Shown here: positions 35,128-55,898 of the stretch, one piece after another
Position numbering within the stretch: the stretch's first letter is position 1
Layout of the letters: every line of letters starts with the position of its first letter
Translations under genes and position numbers: made by a program
DNA from: Candidatus Omnitrophota bacterium
GTDB taxonomy: Bacteria; Omnitrophota; Omnitrophia; Omnitrophales; JACQLI01
Direction of reading: 5' to 3'
DNA length: 64,000 nt
NCBI GenBank assembly: GCA_016179745.1
Contig: JACPCP010000016.1
Coordinates: 10,819-74,818 of the forward strand
The notes under the pieces: generated by a model
Told to the model about the DNA's origin: nothing
The model's input: the letters and a program-made list of their open reading frames with translations, nothing else
Databases searched by the model: none

Positions 35128-35200
35128 GCTGCTGTAGCTCAGACGGTAGAGCACGTCCTTGGTAAGGACGGGGTCCCCGGTTCAATTCCGGGCAGCAGCT
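35128..35200 (+). tRNA. tRNA-Thr (GGU)
   Basis: 73-nt cloverleaf: GCTGCTG acceptor and anticodon loop TTGGTAA. Classical position upstream of tuf. Confidence 0.9.
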
Positions 35201-35251
35201 GAAGCGGGCCGTGACAAGGCAAGAACCCAGAACCTAGAAAGAGAGGCACCC

Positions 35252-36448
35252 ATGGCAGCCAAAGAAAAATTCGAACGGACCAAACCCCACGTCAATATCG
35301 GCACCATCGGTCACGTGGACCACGGGAAGACCACTTTGACCAGTGCCATCACCTTGGTCCTCTCCAAGCAGGGCCTTGCCGAAGCCCGTCCCTTTGACAC
35401 GATCGACAATGCCCCGGAGGAAAAAGAACGCGGCATTACGATTGCCGTCTCCCACGTAGAGTATCAAACGAAAAACCGCCATTATGCCCACGTCGATTGC
35501 CCGGGCCATGCCGACTACATCAAAAATATGATCACCGGCGCCGCCCAGATGGATGGGGCGATCCTTGTTGTTTCTGCGGCCGATGGTCCTATGCCTCAAA
35601 CAAGAGAACACATACTCCTTGCCCGGCAAGTCGGCGTTCCCCGAATCGTCGTTTTCCTTAATAAAGTCGACGCCGTAGATGATCCGGAACTCCTCGAGCT
35701 GGTCGAACTCGAAGTCAGAGAGCTCCTTAAAAAGTACGAATTCCCCGGTGACGAAACTCCCATCATCAAAGGCTCGGCCCTTCAGGCCATGCAGGCCCCC
35801 ACGGATGAGAAGGCCATTAAACCCATCCTGGATCTGATGGAAGCCGTGGATAAATATATCCCCACCCCGAACCGTGCAGTCGACAAACCCTTCCTCATGC
35901 CTGTGGAAGACGTCTTCACGATCTCAGGAAGAGGCACCGTAGGCACCGGCCGGGTTGAACGGGGCCAAATCAAGGTGGGGGCCGAAGTCGAGATCGTGGG
36001 TTTGAGAGAAAAGTCGGTCAAGACCACCGTGACCGGCATTGAAATGTTCCGTAAACTTCTCGACGACGCCCAGGCCGGAGACAACGTCGGTCTCCTCCTT
36101 CGCGGTATTGAAAAGAAGGACTTGGAGCGCGGCATGGTCATTGCCCAACCGGGCTCGGTCACTCCCCACACCAAGTTTAAGGGCCAGGTCTACGTCTTAA
36201 CAAAGGAAGAAGGCGGACGTCATACCCCCTTCTTTACCGGTTACCGCCCCCAATTTTATTTCAGAACGACCGATGTCACCGGGGTGGTCACCCTCCCGAG
36301 CGGAGTTGAAATGGTGATGCCGGGAGACAATGTGGCCATTGAGGGGGAATTGATTACCTCCATTGCTATGGAGAAGGAACTTCGCTTTGCCATCCGGGAA
36401 GGCGGCAAGACCGTCGGGGCCGGCGTGGTGAGTGAAATATTGAAGTAA
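35252..36448 (+). CDS. tuf: Elongation factor Tu
   Basis: [40 protein letters not shown]. The ATG at 35252 is preferred over the track start, which runs through the tRNA. Confidence 0.97.
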   Translation: MAAKEKFERTKPHVNIGTIGHVDHGKTTLTSAITLVLSKQGLAEARPFDTIDNAPEEKERGITIAVSHVEYQTKNRHYAHVDCPGHADYIKNMITGAAQMDGAILVVSAADGPMPQTREHILLARQVGVPRIVVFLNKVDAVDDPELLELVELEVRELLKKYEFPGDETPIIKGSALQAMQAPTDEKAIKPILDLMEAVDKYIPTPNRAVDKPFLMPVEDVFTISGRGTVGTGRVERGQIKVGAEVEIVGLREKSVKTTVTGIEMFRKLLDDAQAGDNVGLLLRGIEKKDLERGMVIAQPGSVTPHTKFKGQVYVLTKEEGGRHTPFFTGYRPQFYFRTTDVTGVVTLPSGVEMVMPGDNVAIEGELITSIAMEKELRFAIREGGKTVGAGVVSEILK

Positions 36449-36623
36449 TTTTCTAAACAAGTTTTTCCGCGAGAGATTAAGCCACCTCGTTAGGCAAGTC
36501 TCGAGATCTCGCATGGTCGTAGTTGACACCTGTGGCGAACTAACCCAAGTCGTGGGGTGATTACCATCGCCCGTAGAGGCCCCACGAAACGGTCAACAAC
36601 AATCCGGAGTTTTGACGTTTTTG

Positions 36624-36773
36624 ATGCAGGAGATTATTACCCTTGCGTGCTCGGAGTGTAAGCGCCGGGCTTACTCGACACGCAAAAATAAAAAAAAGCA
36701 CACCGAGCGGTTGGAACTAAAACGATTCTGCAAATTCTGCAGAAAACACGTCCCTTTCCGCGAAGTGAAATGA
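36624..36773 (+). CDS. rpmG: 50S ribosomal protein L33 (zinc-ribbon type)
   Basis: 49-aa ORF absent from the track: [49 protein letters not shown]. CxxC...CxxC motifs and canonical tuf-rpmG-secE position. Confidence 0.85.
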   Translation: MQEIITLACSECKRRAYSTRKNKKKHTERLELKRFCKFCRKHVPFREVK

Positions 36774-36804
36774 TGCCTGGATTTCGGGAAAGGGAAATCC
36801 CCCT

Positions 36805-36888
36805 AGGCCAGTAGCTCCAATTTCCGCCACAGGGCGTGGCGGACCCGCCAGGAATTATGGCGGGGGTTAGAGCAAAGCTTGATAACTT
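36805..36888 (+). repeat. Pseudo-5' fragment of tRNA-Trp (nt 1-28) interrupted in the D-loop by a 42-nt twin hairpin
   Basis: AGGCCAGTAGCTCCAATT (36805-36822) and GGTTAGAGCA (36865-36874) duplicate tRNA-Trp nt 1-18 and 19-28. The insert at 36823-36864 forms CCGCCAC/GTGGCGG and CCCGCCA/TGGCGGG hairpins. Confidence 0.65.
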
Positions 36889-36966
36889 AGGCCAGTAGCT
36901 CCAATTGGTTAGAGCACGGGACTCCAAATCCTGGGGTTGGGGGTTCGACTCCCTCCTGGCCTGCCA
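36889..36966 (+). tRNA. tRNA-Trp (CCA), 3' CCA encoded
   Basis: AGGCCAG acceptor, anticodon loop CTCCAAA, T-arm GGGGG-TTCGACT-CCCTC, discriminator G followed by CCA. Confidence 0.9.
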
Positions 36967-36977
36967 GTGGTGAAGAA

Positions 36978-37163
36978 ATGGTTGGAAGCGTAACTCAATT
37001 TATTCGGGAAGTCCGCCAGGAGTTAAAGAAGGTGACCTGGCCGACCCGGGAGGAACTGACGGGGTCGACCACCGTGGTCATTGTCACCACGCTCCTGATG
37101 GCGATTTTTATCGGAACCGTTGATTTTTTTCTATCGCTTTTAATTCGAGTATTGATTCGGTGA
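36978..37163 (+). CDS. secE: Preprotein translocase subunit SecE
   Basis: 61 aa. FIREVRQELKKVTWPTREE motif plus one TM helix. Position upstream of nusG. Confidence 0.85.
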   Translation: MVGSVTQFIREVRQELKKVTWPTREELTGSTTVVIVTTLLMAIFIGTVDFFLSLLIRVLIR

Positions 37164-37708
37164 TGCCGGAAACCATGAGCAGCGCAAAATGGTATGTCAT
37201 TCACACCCAGACGGGGGCCGAGGCCAAGGCCAAGGCAAACCTGATCAGCCGGGCGGAATCGGCCGGCATGACGCCTCTGATCCAGCAGGTCTTTATCCCG
37301 ACCGAGAAGGTGAGCGAGGTCAAGGCCGGGAAAAAGAAAATCAGCGAGAGAAAGTTTTTCCCCGGTTACATCCTGGTCCAGATGGAGCTGACCGACGAGA
37401 GCTGGTATTTGGTGCGGAATACGCCGGGGATTTCCGGGTTCGTCGGCTCCGGCAAGAAGCCGATCCCGCTTGCGGAGAATGAAGTGAATCAGATCCTCCG
37501 CCAGCAGGAGGAAAAAACGGCGAAGCCCAAGCCCAAGGTGGAATTCGTGACGGGCGAGAGCGTTCGGGTCAAGGAGGGGTCGTTCGCCAATTTCAACGGC
37601 ACGATTGAAGAAATTAATCCCAACCGGGGGAAACTGAAAGTGCTGGTAAGCATTTTCGGCCGTTCCACCCCCGTGGAACTCGAATACTGGCAGGTGGAGA
37701 AGATCTAA
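37163..37708 (+). CDS. nusG: Transcription termination/antitermination factor NusG
   Basis: KWYVIHTQTG, FPGYILVQME, and C-terminal KOW domain (GESVRVKEGSFANFNG). GTG 37160 and ATG 37163 are alternative starts. Confidence 0.93.
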   Translation: MPETMSSAKWYVIHTQTGAEAKAKANLISRAESAGMTPLIQQVFIPTEKVSEVKAGKKKISERKFFPGYILVQMELTDESWYLVRNTPGISGFVGSGKKPIPLAENEVNQILRQQEEKTAKPKPKVEFVTGESVRVKEGSFANFNGTIEEINPNRGKLKVLVSIFGRSTPVELEYWQVEKI

Positions 37709-37714
37709 TTTCCC

Positions 37715-38146
37715 ATGGCAAAGAAACTGATCACCCGAGTCAAGCTGCAGGTCCCGGCCGGACAGGCCAACCCGGCGCCGCCCATCGGTCCGGCGCTCGG
37801 CCAGCATGGCGTTAATATCATGGAATTTTGCAAGCAATTCAACGAGCGCACCAAAGACAGGACGGGGACGGTGCTGCCGGTCGTGATCAGCATTTTTGAG
37901 GACAAAACTTTCACTTTCATCCTGAAATCGCCGCCGGTTGCGATCCTTCTGAAAAAGGCGGCCGGCTTGGCCAAGGCCTCTCCCGAACCCGGCCGGACCA
38001 CCATTGGAAAGGTGACCCGGGCCCAGGTGGAGCAGATTGCCCGGGAGAAAATGGCGGATCTCAACACGACCCGCCTCGACCGGGCTGTCCGCCTGGTGGA
38101 AGGGTCGGCCCGAAGCATGGGCCTTGAAGTGGCGGGGGGCGTTTGA
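37715..38146 (+). CDS. rplK: 50S ribosomal protein L11
   Basis: [34 protein letters not shown]. Confidence 0.96.
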   Translation: MAKKLITRVKLQVPAGQANPAPPIGPALGQHGVNIMEFCKQFNERTKDRTGTVLPVVISIFEDKTFTFILKSPPVAILLKKAAGLAKASPEPGRTTIGKVTRAQVEQIAREKMADLNTTRLDRAVRLVEGSARSMGLEVAGGV

Positions 38147-38148
38147 CC

Positions 38149-38853
38149 ATGGCCGTGGACCTTCTCGAAAATCGGAGCAAGCGCTACAAGAAAAGACGGG
38201 CCGGGATCGAGGAGGGAAAATTTTATACCCTGGCCGAGGCCGTCCGGATCTTGAAACAGATTCCGGACTCCAAATATGACGAGACCGTGTCTTTGGATCT
38301 TCAGCTTGGGATTCGGCCGGAGCAGACCGAGGAAATGGTGCGGGGCACCGTGGCCCTCCCGCACGGAACGGGTCAGAAGATCCGGGTGATTTGTTTTTGC
38401 AAGGGAGAAGGCATGCGGGCCGCCCAGGAGGCCGGGGCGGACGTGGTCGGCGCCGAGGATTTAATCCAGAAGATTCAAGGCGGCTGGTTTGATTTTGATG
38501 CGGTGGTCGCCCACCCGGACATGATGCGGGAAGTGAGCAAGCTCGGAAAGATTTTGGGCCCCAAAGGGCTCATGCCGTCGCCCAAAAGCGGAACGGTGGC
38601 CGCCGACGTAGGAAAGGCCGTCCGGGAATTGAAGGGCGGCCGGGTGGAGTTCAAAACGGACAAGACGGGAGGAATGCACGTGGCGTGCGGAAAGCTTTCC
38701 TTTCCGGAAGCGGCCCTCGTGGAAAATCTTCAAACGCTCCTTCACGCCGTGCGGGACGCCAAACCGGCGGCGGCCAAGGGCAATTATTTCAAGCGGGCCG
38801 CCGTAGCGCCTTCCCAGGGGCCGGGGCTTCCGTTGGCCCTTTCGTCTCTTTGA
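38149..38853 (+). CDS. rplA: 50S ribosomal protein L1
   Basis: YDETVSLDLQLGIRP and LPHGTG motifs. ATG 38149 is given; TTG 38143 is possible. Confidence 0.95.
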   Translation: MAVDLLENRSKRYKKRRAGIEEGKFYTLAEAVRILKQIPDSKYDETVSLDLQLGIRPEQTEEMVRGTVALPHGTGQKIRVICFCKGEGMRAAQEAGADVVGAEDLIQKIQGGWFDFDAVVAHPDMMREVSKLGKILGPKGLMPSPKSGTVAADVGKAVRELKGGRVEFKTDKTGGMHVACGKLSFPEAALVENLQTLLHAVRDAKPAAAKGNYFKRAAVAPSQGPGLPLALSSL

Positions 38854-38870
38854 CCGTGGTGACCCTGGCA

Positions 38871-39446
38871 ATGGAAAAGACACAGCCTCAGAAGAAGCAA
38901 AAAGATTCGGTCTCTTACGAGAAACAGCTGATCTTGCGCGAGACCGAAAAGGAATTTCATTCGAGCCCGAACGCCTTCTTCAGCCGTTTTGAGCGGCTCA
39001 CGGTCCAGGACATGAGCGAGCTCCGGCGCAGCCTCGAGAAGGTTTCAAAACGCACGCTCGTCGTGAAACACGCGATGGCGAGGAAAATTTTCGGCGGCCT
39101 CAAGCTTGAAGAGGCATCGCGTTTTCTGGAGGGCTCGGTCCTCGTCACTTTTGGAGAGGGCGAGCCGCAGCTGGTTTCAAAAACGCTCGTGGATTACGCC
39201 AAGGCCCACGGGAATTTAAAGTTAAACGGAGCGATCCTGGAGGGAAAGCTTTACGACAGCGATTTTCTTAAGGCGCTTGCCAGGCTTCCGTCCCGGATCG
39301 AACTCCTGACCGCCGTCGCCATTCAGTTGAAGTCGCCCGTCACGAGGCTGGCGATGACGCTCGGGGGCCTGCTGCAATCCCTCGTGATTGCCTTGAATGA
39401 AGTGCAGAAAAAAAAGGGCCGGGAACCCCAGGCCGCTAACGGATAA
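38871..39446 (+). CDS. rplJ: 50S ribosomal protein L10
   Basis: The ATG at 38871 follows the rplA stop. LTVQDMSELRRSL and LNGAILEGKLYD motifs. The track start at 38685 overlaps rplA and is rejected. Confidence 0.9.
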   Translation: MEKTQPQKKQKDSVSYEKQLILRETEKEFHSSPNAFFSRFERLTVQDMSELRRSLEKVSKRTLVVKHAMARKIFGGLKLEEASRFLEGSVLVTFGEGEPQLVSKTLVDYAKAHGNLKLNGAILEGKLYDSDFLKALARLPSRIELLTAVAIQLKSPVTRLAMTLGGLLQSLVIALNEVQKKKGREPQAANG

Positions 39447-39472
39447 ATTCAATCTTTTAGAGGAGGAGTGTC

Positions 39473-39919
39473 ATGACAACGGAAACCAAGGTAGAAGAAA
39501 AACAGGAAGCAAAACGGGAAAAGAGCGCAAGCGGAAAAGTCTCCGAACTCCTGGAGGCCGTCAAACACCTTTCGGTCATGGAACTGGCTGATTTGGTGAA
39601 GGCGATGGAACAGGAGTTTGGTGTTTCGGCGCAAGCGGCTGTGGCCGTGGGAGTGGGCGGTGGAGCCGGTGCGGCCGGAGCCAAGGCCGGAGCCCCCGCC
39701 GAGGAGAAGACGACCTTTCAGATCGTCCTGGCCGCAAGCGGAGATAAAAAGATCCAGGTGATCAAAGAAATTCGCACGATCACGAACCTGGGTCTGAAAG
39801 AGGCCAAGGACCTCGTCGAAAGCGCCCCGAAACCCGTCAAAGACGGCGTTTCCAAGGAAGAAGCCGAGAAGATCAAGCAGGTCCTCGAAGCCGCCGGCGC
39901 CAAAGTCGAAATTAAATAA
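39473..39919 (+). CDS. rplL: 50S ribosomal protein L7/L12, with a ~20-aa Lys/Glu-rich N-terminal extension
   Basis: [19 protein letters not shown] and [20 protein letters not shown] motifs. Confidence 0.93.
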   Translation: MTTETKVEEKQEAKREKSASGKVSELLEAVKHLSVMELADLVKAMEQEFGVSAQAAVAVGVGGGAGAAGAKAGAPAEEKTTFQIVLAASGDKKIQVIKEIRTITNLGLKEAKDLVESAPKPVKDGVSKEEAEKIKQVLEAAGAKVEIK

Positions 39920-39952
39920 GATCGCTCCGGTTCCAATCAAGGAGGGAAGCGA

Positions 39953-47841
<7,889 letters not shown>

Positions 47842-48216
47842 ATGTCACCGACCATTAATCAGCTCATCCGCTTCGGGCGGAGAAAATTTAAAAAAAAGAC
47901 AAAGTCTCCCGCCCTCCATGGGGCGCCTTACCGGCGGGGGGTCTGCCTGATCGTCCGGACCCAGACCCCCAAGAAGCCGAACTCGGCGCTTCGAAAGATT
48001 GCCCGGGTCCGGTTGAGCAATGGGGAAGAAGTGACAGCCTATATCCCCGGCGTGGGCCACAATCTTCAGGAGCACTCGATTGTCCTGGTCCGGGGCGGCC
48101 GGGTGAAGGACCTTCCCGGGGTCCGGTATCACATTGTCCGGGGGAAACTGGACACGGCCGGCGTCAACGACCGGAAACGGTCCCGGTCGAAATATGGGTC
48201 CAAGACCCCCAAGTAA
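47842..48216 (+). CDS. rpsL: 30S ribosomal protein S12
   Basis: PTINQLIR...KKPNSALRK...[17 protein letters not shown]. Confidence 0.97.
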   Translation: MSPTINQLIRFGRRKFKKKTKSPALHGAPYRRGVCLIVRTQTPKKPNSALRKIARVRLSNGEEVTAYIPGVGHNLQEHSIVLVRGGRVKDLPGVRYHIVRGKLDTAGVNDRKRSRSKYGSKTPK

Positions 48217-48225
48217 GGTGAGACG

Positions 48226-48693
48226 ATGAGACGAAGAAGAGCCGCAAAACGCCGGGTCGCCCCCGATGCCAAATACGGAAGCACGCTGGTGCAGAAGATG
48301 ATTAATATCGTGATGGAACGGGGGAAAAAGTCACTGGCCGAAAGGATTGTTTACGGTGCTTTTCAGGCCGCCGCCGAAAAGACGGGCAAGGACGCCTTTG
48401 AGGTTTTCAAGCAGGCCGTTGAAAATGCCCGCCCTCTTTTGGAGACCAAATCCCGGCGGGTGGGCGGCGCCACGTATCAAGTGCCGGTGAGTGTCCGCAT
48501 GGACCGGAGCCAGGGCCTGGCGCTCCGCTGGATGCGGATCTTTGCCCTGAAGCGGAAAGGGGCCCCGATGCAGCAAAAATTGGCGCAGGAAATTATCGAT
48601 GCTTACAACAAGACCGGGGCTTCGATGAAGAAGCGGGAAGACACGCACAAGATGGCAGAGGCGAACCGGGCCTTCGCCCATTATCGATGGTAA
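48226..48693 (+). CDS. rpsG: 30S ribosomal protein S7
   Basis: [28 protein letters not shown] and [14 protein letters not shown] at the C-terminus. Confidence 0.97.
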   Translation: MRRRRAAKRRVAPDAKYGSTLVQKMINIVMERGKKSLAERIVYGAFQAAAEKTGKDAFEVFKQAVENARPLLETKSRRVGGATYQVPVSVRMDRSQGLALRWMRIFALKRKGAPMQQKLAQEIIDAYNKTGASMKKREDTHKMAEANRAFAHYRW

Positions 48694-48707
48694 AAGGTTC
48701 AGGAATC

Positions 48708-50798
<2,091 letters not shown>

Positions 50799-50832
50799 TC
50801 AAGGAAAGAAATAAAAGAGAGACTTTAAAACC

Positions 50833-51144
50833 ATGGCCACAAAAGAGAAGATCCGAATCAAATTGCGGGCTTACGATCACCGGATCCTCGATCAGTCCGT
50901 CCAGGAGATTGTGGGAACAGCCAAGCGCACAGGCGCCCGGGTGGTGGGGCCGGTGCCGCTTCCGACCCACATCTGGAAGACCACGGTTCTGAAAGGCCCC
51001 ACGATCGATAAAAAGGCCCGGAACCAGTTTGAGATCCGGACGCACAAACGGCTCCTCGATATCGTGGACCCGACGGCCCGGACCGTGGATGCCCTGATGA
51101 GGCTCGACCTTCCCGCAGGCGTGGATGTCGAAATCAAATTATGA
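50833..51144 (+). CDS. rpsJ: 30S ribosomal protein S10
   Basis: [16 protein letters not shown]...GPVPLPT...[12 protein letters not shown]. Confidence 0.97.
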   Translation: MATKEKIRIKLRAYDHRILDQSVQEIVGTAKRTGARVVGPVPLPTHIWKTTVLKGPTIDKKARNQFEIRTHKRLLDIVDPTARTVDALMRLDLPAGVDVEIKL

Positions 51145-51866
51145 TCGGACTCCTGGGAAAGAAAGTTGGTATGACCGTGATTTACGATGAAGGCGGGACC
51201 CAGATCCCCGTGACCCTTCTTTTGGCCGGTCCCTGCCGGGTGCTCCGGATCCTAAAGAAGGAAAAAAGCGGTTACAGCGCCGTGCAGCTCGGTTTTGGCG
51301 CCAGAAAGCAAAAGAACGTCACCCAACCTGTGCTCGGTCAGTTCAAGAAGCTGGGCCTTCCGGCCCAGGCCTTTGTCCGGGAGATCCGGACCGAGGAGGT
51401 GGACGGTCTTGAAGTTGGGACAGAACTCGGGGTGGACAATTTTGAAGCAGGAGAATTTGTAGACATCGAAGGGGTCTCCATCGGAAAAGGTTTTCAGGGC
51501 GTGGTGAAACGGCATCATTTTACGGGAGGCAACAAAACCCACGGTTCGATGTTTGGCCGGGTGGCAGGCTCCATCGGGGCGTCCTCCTTTCCCTCCCGGG
51601 TGGTGAAGGGGATGCGGATGCCGGGACAGATGGGGAATCACCGGGTGACAGTCCAAAATCTCAAAGTCGTCAAGGTGGATCCGGAAAATCATCTGCTCGC
51701 CGTCAAGGGCGCCGTTCCCGGGAGCGGATCCGGTTTCGTGGTCATTCGGACTTCCTTAAAACGGGGAAAGGCGAAGAAGTGGAAAGTTGAACAAAAACAG
51801 GAATTGTCCCCGGAGCCGGCGAAGGAAGTCGTGAAGGAGACAGTGAAGGAAGGGTCAGCCTCATGA
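51141..51866 (+). CDS. rplC: 50S ribosomal protein L3
   Basis: [24 protein letters not shown] and VKGAVPG motifs. Confidence 0.96.
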   Translation: MIGLLGKKVGMTVIYDEGGTQIPVTLLLAGPCRVLRILKKEKSGYSAVQLGFGARKQKNVTQPVLGQFKKLGLPAQAFVREIRTEEVDGLEVGTELGVDNFEAGEFVDIEGVSIGKGFQGVVKRHHFTGGNKTHGSMFGRVAGSIGASSFPSRVVKGMRMPGQMGNHRVTVQNLKVVKVDPENHLLAVKGAVPGSGSGFVVIRTSLKRGKAKKWKVEQKQELSPEPAKEVVKETVKEGSAS

Positions 51867-52558
51867 GTCAGGTCTCTCTTTACACCCAGGCGGGGAAGGA
51901 AAAAAAGAAGGTCACTCTGAACAAGGAAATTTTTTCCGCTCCGATCAATGAAAGGCTCCTGGCGCTTGTGGAAAAGGCCTTTTCCGCCAACCTCCGCCAC
52001 GGCACGGCCTCGACCAAAACCCGGGGCGAAGTCCGGGGCGGCGGAAAGAAACCCTGGCGTCAGAAGGGGACCGGGCGGGCCCGTCACGGGTCCATTCGCT
52101 CCCCCATTTGGCGGGGCGGAGGCATCGCCTTTGGTCCGAGACCCCGGGATTATTTTGTCCAGCTTCCGCAGTCGATGAAGGAAGGCGCCCTGATTTCGGC
52201 CCTCAGCCTGCGGGTCAAGGATAAAAACTTGTTTCTTTTGGAAGAGGCCAAGCTCAAAGAGCCCAAGACCAAAGAATTTGTCGAAATCCTGGAGGCGCTT
52301 CCCCTGAATAAAAAAAGGACTCTTTTTGTCGTGAAGGAGGCCGGTCCGTTTTTGGTTCGGAGCGCCCGGAACCTTTCCGGCCTCGTCGAAATCAAGCAGG
52401 CCCGGGAACTGAATGCCTATCATGTTCTGCACTGGCCTAAAATTTTAATTGAAGAGGAGGCGCTCGGCGTCCTCGAGTCCCGGCTCTTGCCGGCCAGAGA
52501 GGAACCGGAAACCCCGGAAGACGCCCAGACCGTGAAAGGTCCCAAGGACACGAAATGA
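51863..52558 (+). CDS. rplD: 50S ribosomal protein L4
   Basis: GGGKKPWRQKGTGRARHGSIRSPIWRGGG. Confidence 0.95.
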   Translation: MSQVSLYTQAGKEKKKVTLNKEIFSAPINERLLALVEKAFSANLRHGTASTKTRGEVRGGGKKPWRQKGTGRARHGSIRSPIWRGGGIAFGPRPRDYFVQLPQSMKEGALISALSLRVKDKNLFLLEEAKLKEPKTKEFVEILEALPLNKKRTLFVVKEAGPFLVRSARNLSGLVEIKQARELNAYHVLHWPKILIEEEALGVLESRLLPAREEPETPEDAQTVKGPKDTK

Positions 52559-52836
52559 AACTGGACCTTTACGATGTGATTATCAATCCGTTGGTGACCG
52601 AAAAGAGCACTGCCCAGAGGGCCCATCAGAAATACAGCTTCCGGGTCCACAAGTCGGCCAACAAGAAATCGGTCCGGGAGGCGGTGGAAAAAATTTTTAA
52701 TGTGCATGTGACCCAGATCAATACCGGTGTCGTGCCGGGCAAGTGGAAGCGGGTTCGGTTCCATCCCGGCCAAACCTCGGAGTGGAAAAAGGCCACGGTC
52801 ACTTTGAAGGAAGGAGAGAAGATAGAGTTCGTCTGA
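52555..52836 (+). CDS. rplW: 50S ribosomal protein L23
   Basis: YDVIINPLVTEKS...FRVHKSANKKSVREAVEKIF. Confidence 0.95.
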   Translation: MKLDLYDVIINPLVTEKSTAQRAHQKYSFRVHKSANKKSVREAVEKIFNVHVTQINTGVVPGKWKRVRFHPGQTSEWKKATVTLKEGEKIEFV

Positions 52837-52852
52837 GAACTCTCAACTTAAA

Positions 52853-53683
<831 letters not shown>

Positions 53684-53701
53684 CGAAAGGAAGAATTCAG
53701 A

Positions 53702-54001
53702 ATGTCACGATCCTCGAAGAAGGGAGTTTTTGTCGACGAGAAGCTCTTGGAAAAGGTCCGTGAGGCCCGGAAGAAAAACGACCGCAAGCCCATCAAGACC
53801 TGGTCCCGGCGCTCCACCATCACGCCGGAGTTTGTCGGCATCAACTTTGCGGTCCATAACGGCAAGGCCTTCAACAATGTCTTTGCCACGGAAAACATGG
53901 TGGGACACAAGCTGGGCGAGTTCTCACTGACAAGAACTTTCCGAAAACACAGCACGGCCCAGGACAAGGCGAAGGCGCTTGCGACGGCGGCGAAGACCTG
54001 A
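53702..54001 (+). CDS. rpsS: 30S ribosomal protein S19
   Basis: [11 protein letters not shown]...[14 protein letters not shown]...VHNGK...GHKLGEF. Confidence 0.97.
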   Translation: MSRSSKKGVFVDEKLLEKVREARKKNDRKPIKTWSRRSTITPEFVGINFAVHNGKAFNNVFATENMVGHKLGEFSLTRTFRKHSTAQDKAKALATAAKT

Positions 54002-54003
54002 TC

Positions 54004-54489
54004 ATGGTCGAGATGAATCCTGACCTTTCGAAGCAGGCCCGGGCGGTGGTGAAATACCTGAAGATCTCACCCCGAAAAGTCCGGCTTGTCATCAATGCCG
54101 TCCGGAGGAAGCCGGTCCCCGTGGCCTTTTCGGTCCTGACGGGGCTGAAGAAGAAGGCGGCCCGGATGGTGGAGCAGGGTTTGCGAAGCGCTGTGGCCAA
54201 CGCCAAAGTGAAAAAATTGGACGAAGGGCGCCTGGTGGTTTCCGAAATCCGGGCCGACGGCGGCCCGACGATGAAACGCTTTATGTCACGATCGATGGGG
54301 CGTGCCGATCAAATTCTAAAACGTTCGACGCACTTGACCGTGGTCCTCTCGGAAAGCGGGAAGGATCTGGGGGCGTTCCTGCCGCCGCAAAGAACGGGGG
54401 AAGCCAAGGGCAAAAAAGAGAAACCCGGAAAAGCCGGCTCGTTGGCGAGCGGCAAGAAAAAAACCCGGGCGGCCGCCGGAAAGGCTTAA
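54004..54489 (+). CDS. rplV: 50S ribosomal protein L22, with a basic C-terminal extension
   Basis: KYLKISPRKVRLVINAVRRK and RSMGRADQILKRSTHLTVVL motifs. Lys-rich tail of about 45 aa. Confidence 0.93.
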   Translation: MVEMNPDLSKQARAVVKYLKISPRKVRLVINAVRRKPVPVAFSVLTGLKKKAARMVEQGLRSAVANAKVKKLDEGRLVVSEIRADGGPTMKRFMSRSMGRADQILKRSTHLTVVLSESGKDLGAFLPPQRTGEAKGKKEKPGKAGSLASGKKKTRAAAGKA

Positions 54490-54492
54490 TCC

Positions 54493-55248
54493 ATGGGACA
54501 AAAGACACACCCTTACGGAATGCGGCTCGGTTACATCAAGACCTGGAAGGCCAAATGGTTTGCGAGGGGCAAGCAGTACGCCGATTTCCTGCACGAGGAT
54601 TTGCGCCTCCGCCGGCTCATCAAGGAGACACTCGGTTTTGCCGGGATTTCTTCGATTGACATTGAGCGTTCAAGCGGACGGGTCCGGGTGCGGATTCACA
54701 CGGCCCGGCCGGGCATCATTATCGGCCGGCGGGGACAGGAAATCGACCGGATCAAGGAAGAGCTGGCCGACCTCATTCCGGACAAAGAACTTTTTGTGGA
54801 CATCAAGGAAATCAAAGACCCGCAGCTCGATGCCCAGCTTGTGGCCGAGAATGTGACGGCCCAGCTTGAAAAAAGGGTTTCCTTCCGCCGGGCGATGAAA
54901 AAAACAGTCCAAACTGCCATGGGGAAGGGCGGCTTGGGAATTAAAATCCAAGCCAAGGGAAGGCTGGGGGGCGCCGAGATTGCAAGGGCCGAGGGTTACC
55001 ACGAGGGGAAAATCCCCCTCAGCACCTTCCGGGCTGACATCGACTACGGTTTCGCCACGGCATTTACCACCTATGGAACGATCGGGGTGAAGGTTTGGAT
55101 TTACAAAGGGGAAGTTCTGGTGAAAAAGCAGGTAGCGGAGCAGAAAAAGGAAGTGAAGGCCTTCGAGAAAATTGAAGTCAAGAAGGACGAGGCAGCCGCC
55201 CCTTCCGCTGAGGCCGCCCCCAAACCGGACGCTTCCCCCTCCGTTTAA
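54493..55248 (+). CDS. rpsC: 30S ribosomal protein S3
   Basis: [15 protein letters not shown] domain, and [10 protein letters not shown] motifs. Confidence 0.97.
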   Translation: MGQKTHPYGMRLGYIKTWKAKWFARGKQYADFLHEDLRLRRLIKETLGFAGISSIDIERSSGRVRVRIHTARPGIIIGRRGQEIDRIKEELADLIPDKELFVDIKEIKDPQLDAQLVAENVTAQLEKRVSFRRAMKKTVQTAMGKGGLGIKIQAKGRLGGAEIARAEGYHEGKIPLSTFRADIDYGFATAFTTYGTIGVKVWIYKGEVLVKKQVAEQKKEVKAFEKIEVKKDEAAAPSAEAAPKPDASPSV

Positions 55249-55262
55249 AGAGACACCCACAA

Positions 55263-55679
55263 ATGCCTTTGATGCCGAAGAGAGTCAAATATCGAAAGCA
55301 GCACCGGGGCCGCAGGACCGGAGTGGCCACACGAGGCGAGACGCTTGCCTTCGGTGAATTCGGTCTGAAGGCGCTCGGCTGCGGGTGGCTCACGGCCATT
55401 CAGTTGGAAGCGGCCCGGGTCGCATTGACCCGCCACGTCAAACGGGGCGGCAAGGTCTGGCTGCGGGTTTTTCCGGACAAGGCCTACACAAAGAAACCGG
55501 CCGAGACCCGGATGGGAAAGGGCAAGGGAAACCCAGAATATTACGTGTCGGTGATCAAGCCCGGCGCCATTCTATTTGAAATGGGCGGTATTCCCGAGGA
55601 ACTGGCCCGCTCGGCGATGCGTCTGTGCGCCTACAAAGTCCCCTTCCCGACCCGCTTTGTAAAACGGGAGGCCTTTTAA
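55263..55679 (+). CDS. rplP: 50S ribosomal protein L16
   Basis: [14 protein letters not shown]...[13 protein letters not shown]. Confidence 0.97.
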   Translation: MPLMPKRVKYRKQHRGRRTGVATRGETLAFGEFGLKALGCGWLTAIQLEAARVALTRHVKRGGKVWLRVFPDKAYTKKPAETRMGKGKGNPEYYVSVIKPGAILFEMGGIPEELARSAMRLCAYKVPFPTRFVKREAF

Positions 55680-55692
55680 AGGGACGCACACA

Positions 55693-55893
55693 ATGGCAAA
55701 ACTGAAAGTGAAGGACCTTCAAAATTTGACACCGGATGAATTGAAGGAAAAAAAGGACGGGCTCAAGAAAGAACTTTTCTCGCTCCGTCTGCAGGCGAAA
55801 TCCGGAAAGCTCGAAAAGCACTCGACGATCCGTTCCACCAAAAGGGACGTGGCCCGGGTGTTGACCGTTCTGACACAAAAGGAGAGGTCATAA
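55693..55893 (+). CDS. rpmC: 50S ribosomal protein L29
   Basis: LKEKKDGLKKELFSLRLQ and RRDVARVLTV-type motifs. Confidence 0.93.
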   Translation: MAKLKVKDLQNLTPDELKEKKDGLKKELFSLRLQAKSGKLEKHSTIRSTKRDVARVLTVLTQKERS

Positions 55894-55898
55894 AGACG

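Noticed and set aside
38685-38870. Long N-terminal extensions implied by track starts for rplJ (38685), tuf (35159), folP (15599), yebC (16431), cdaA (19668), rsmI (3872), glgC (26947), rpsM (63067) and the 24920 ORF.
   Set aside because: These extensions overlap the preceding gene or a tRNA and translate to Arg/Pro/Gly-rich sequence. Internal ATGs placed at or just after the upstream stop give canonical N-termini.
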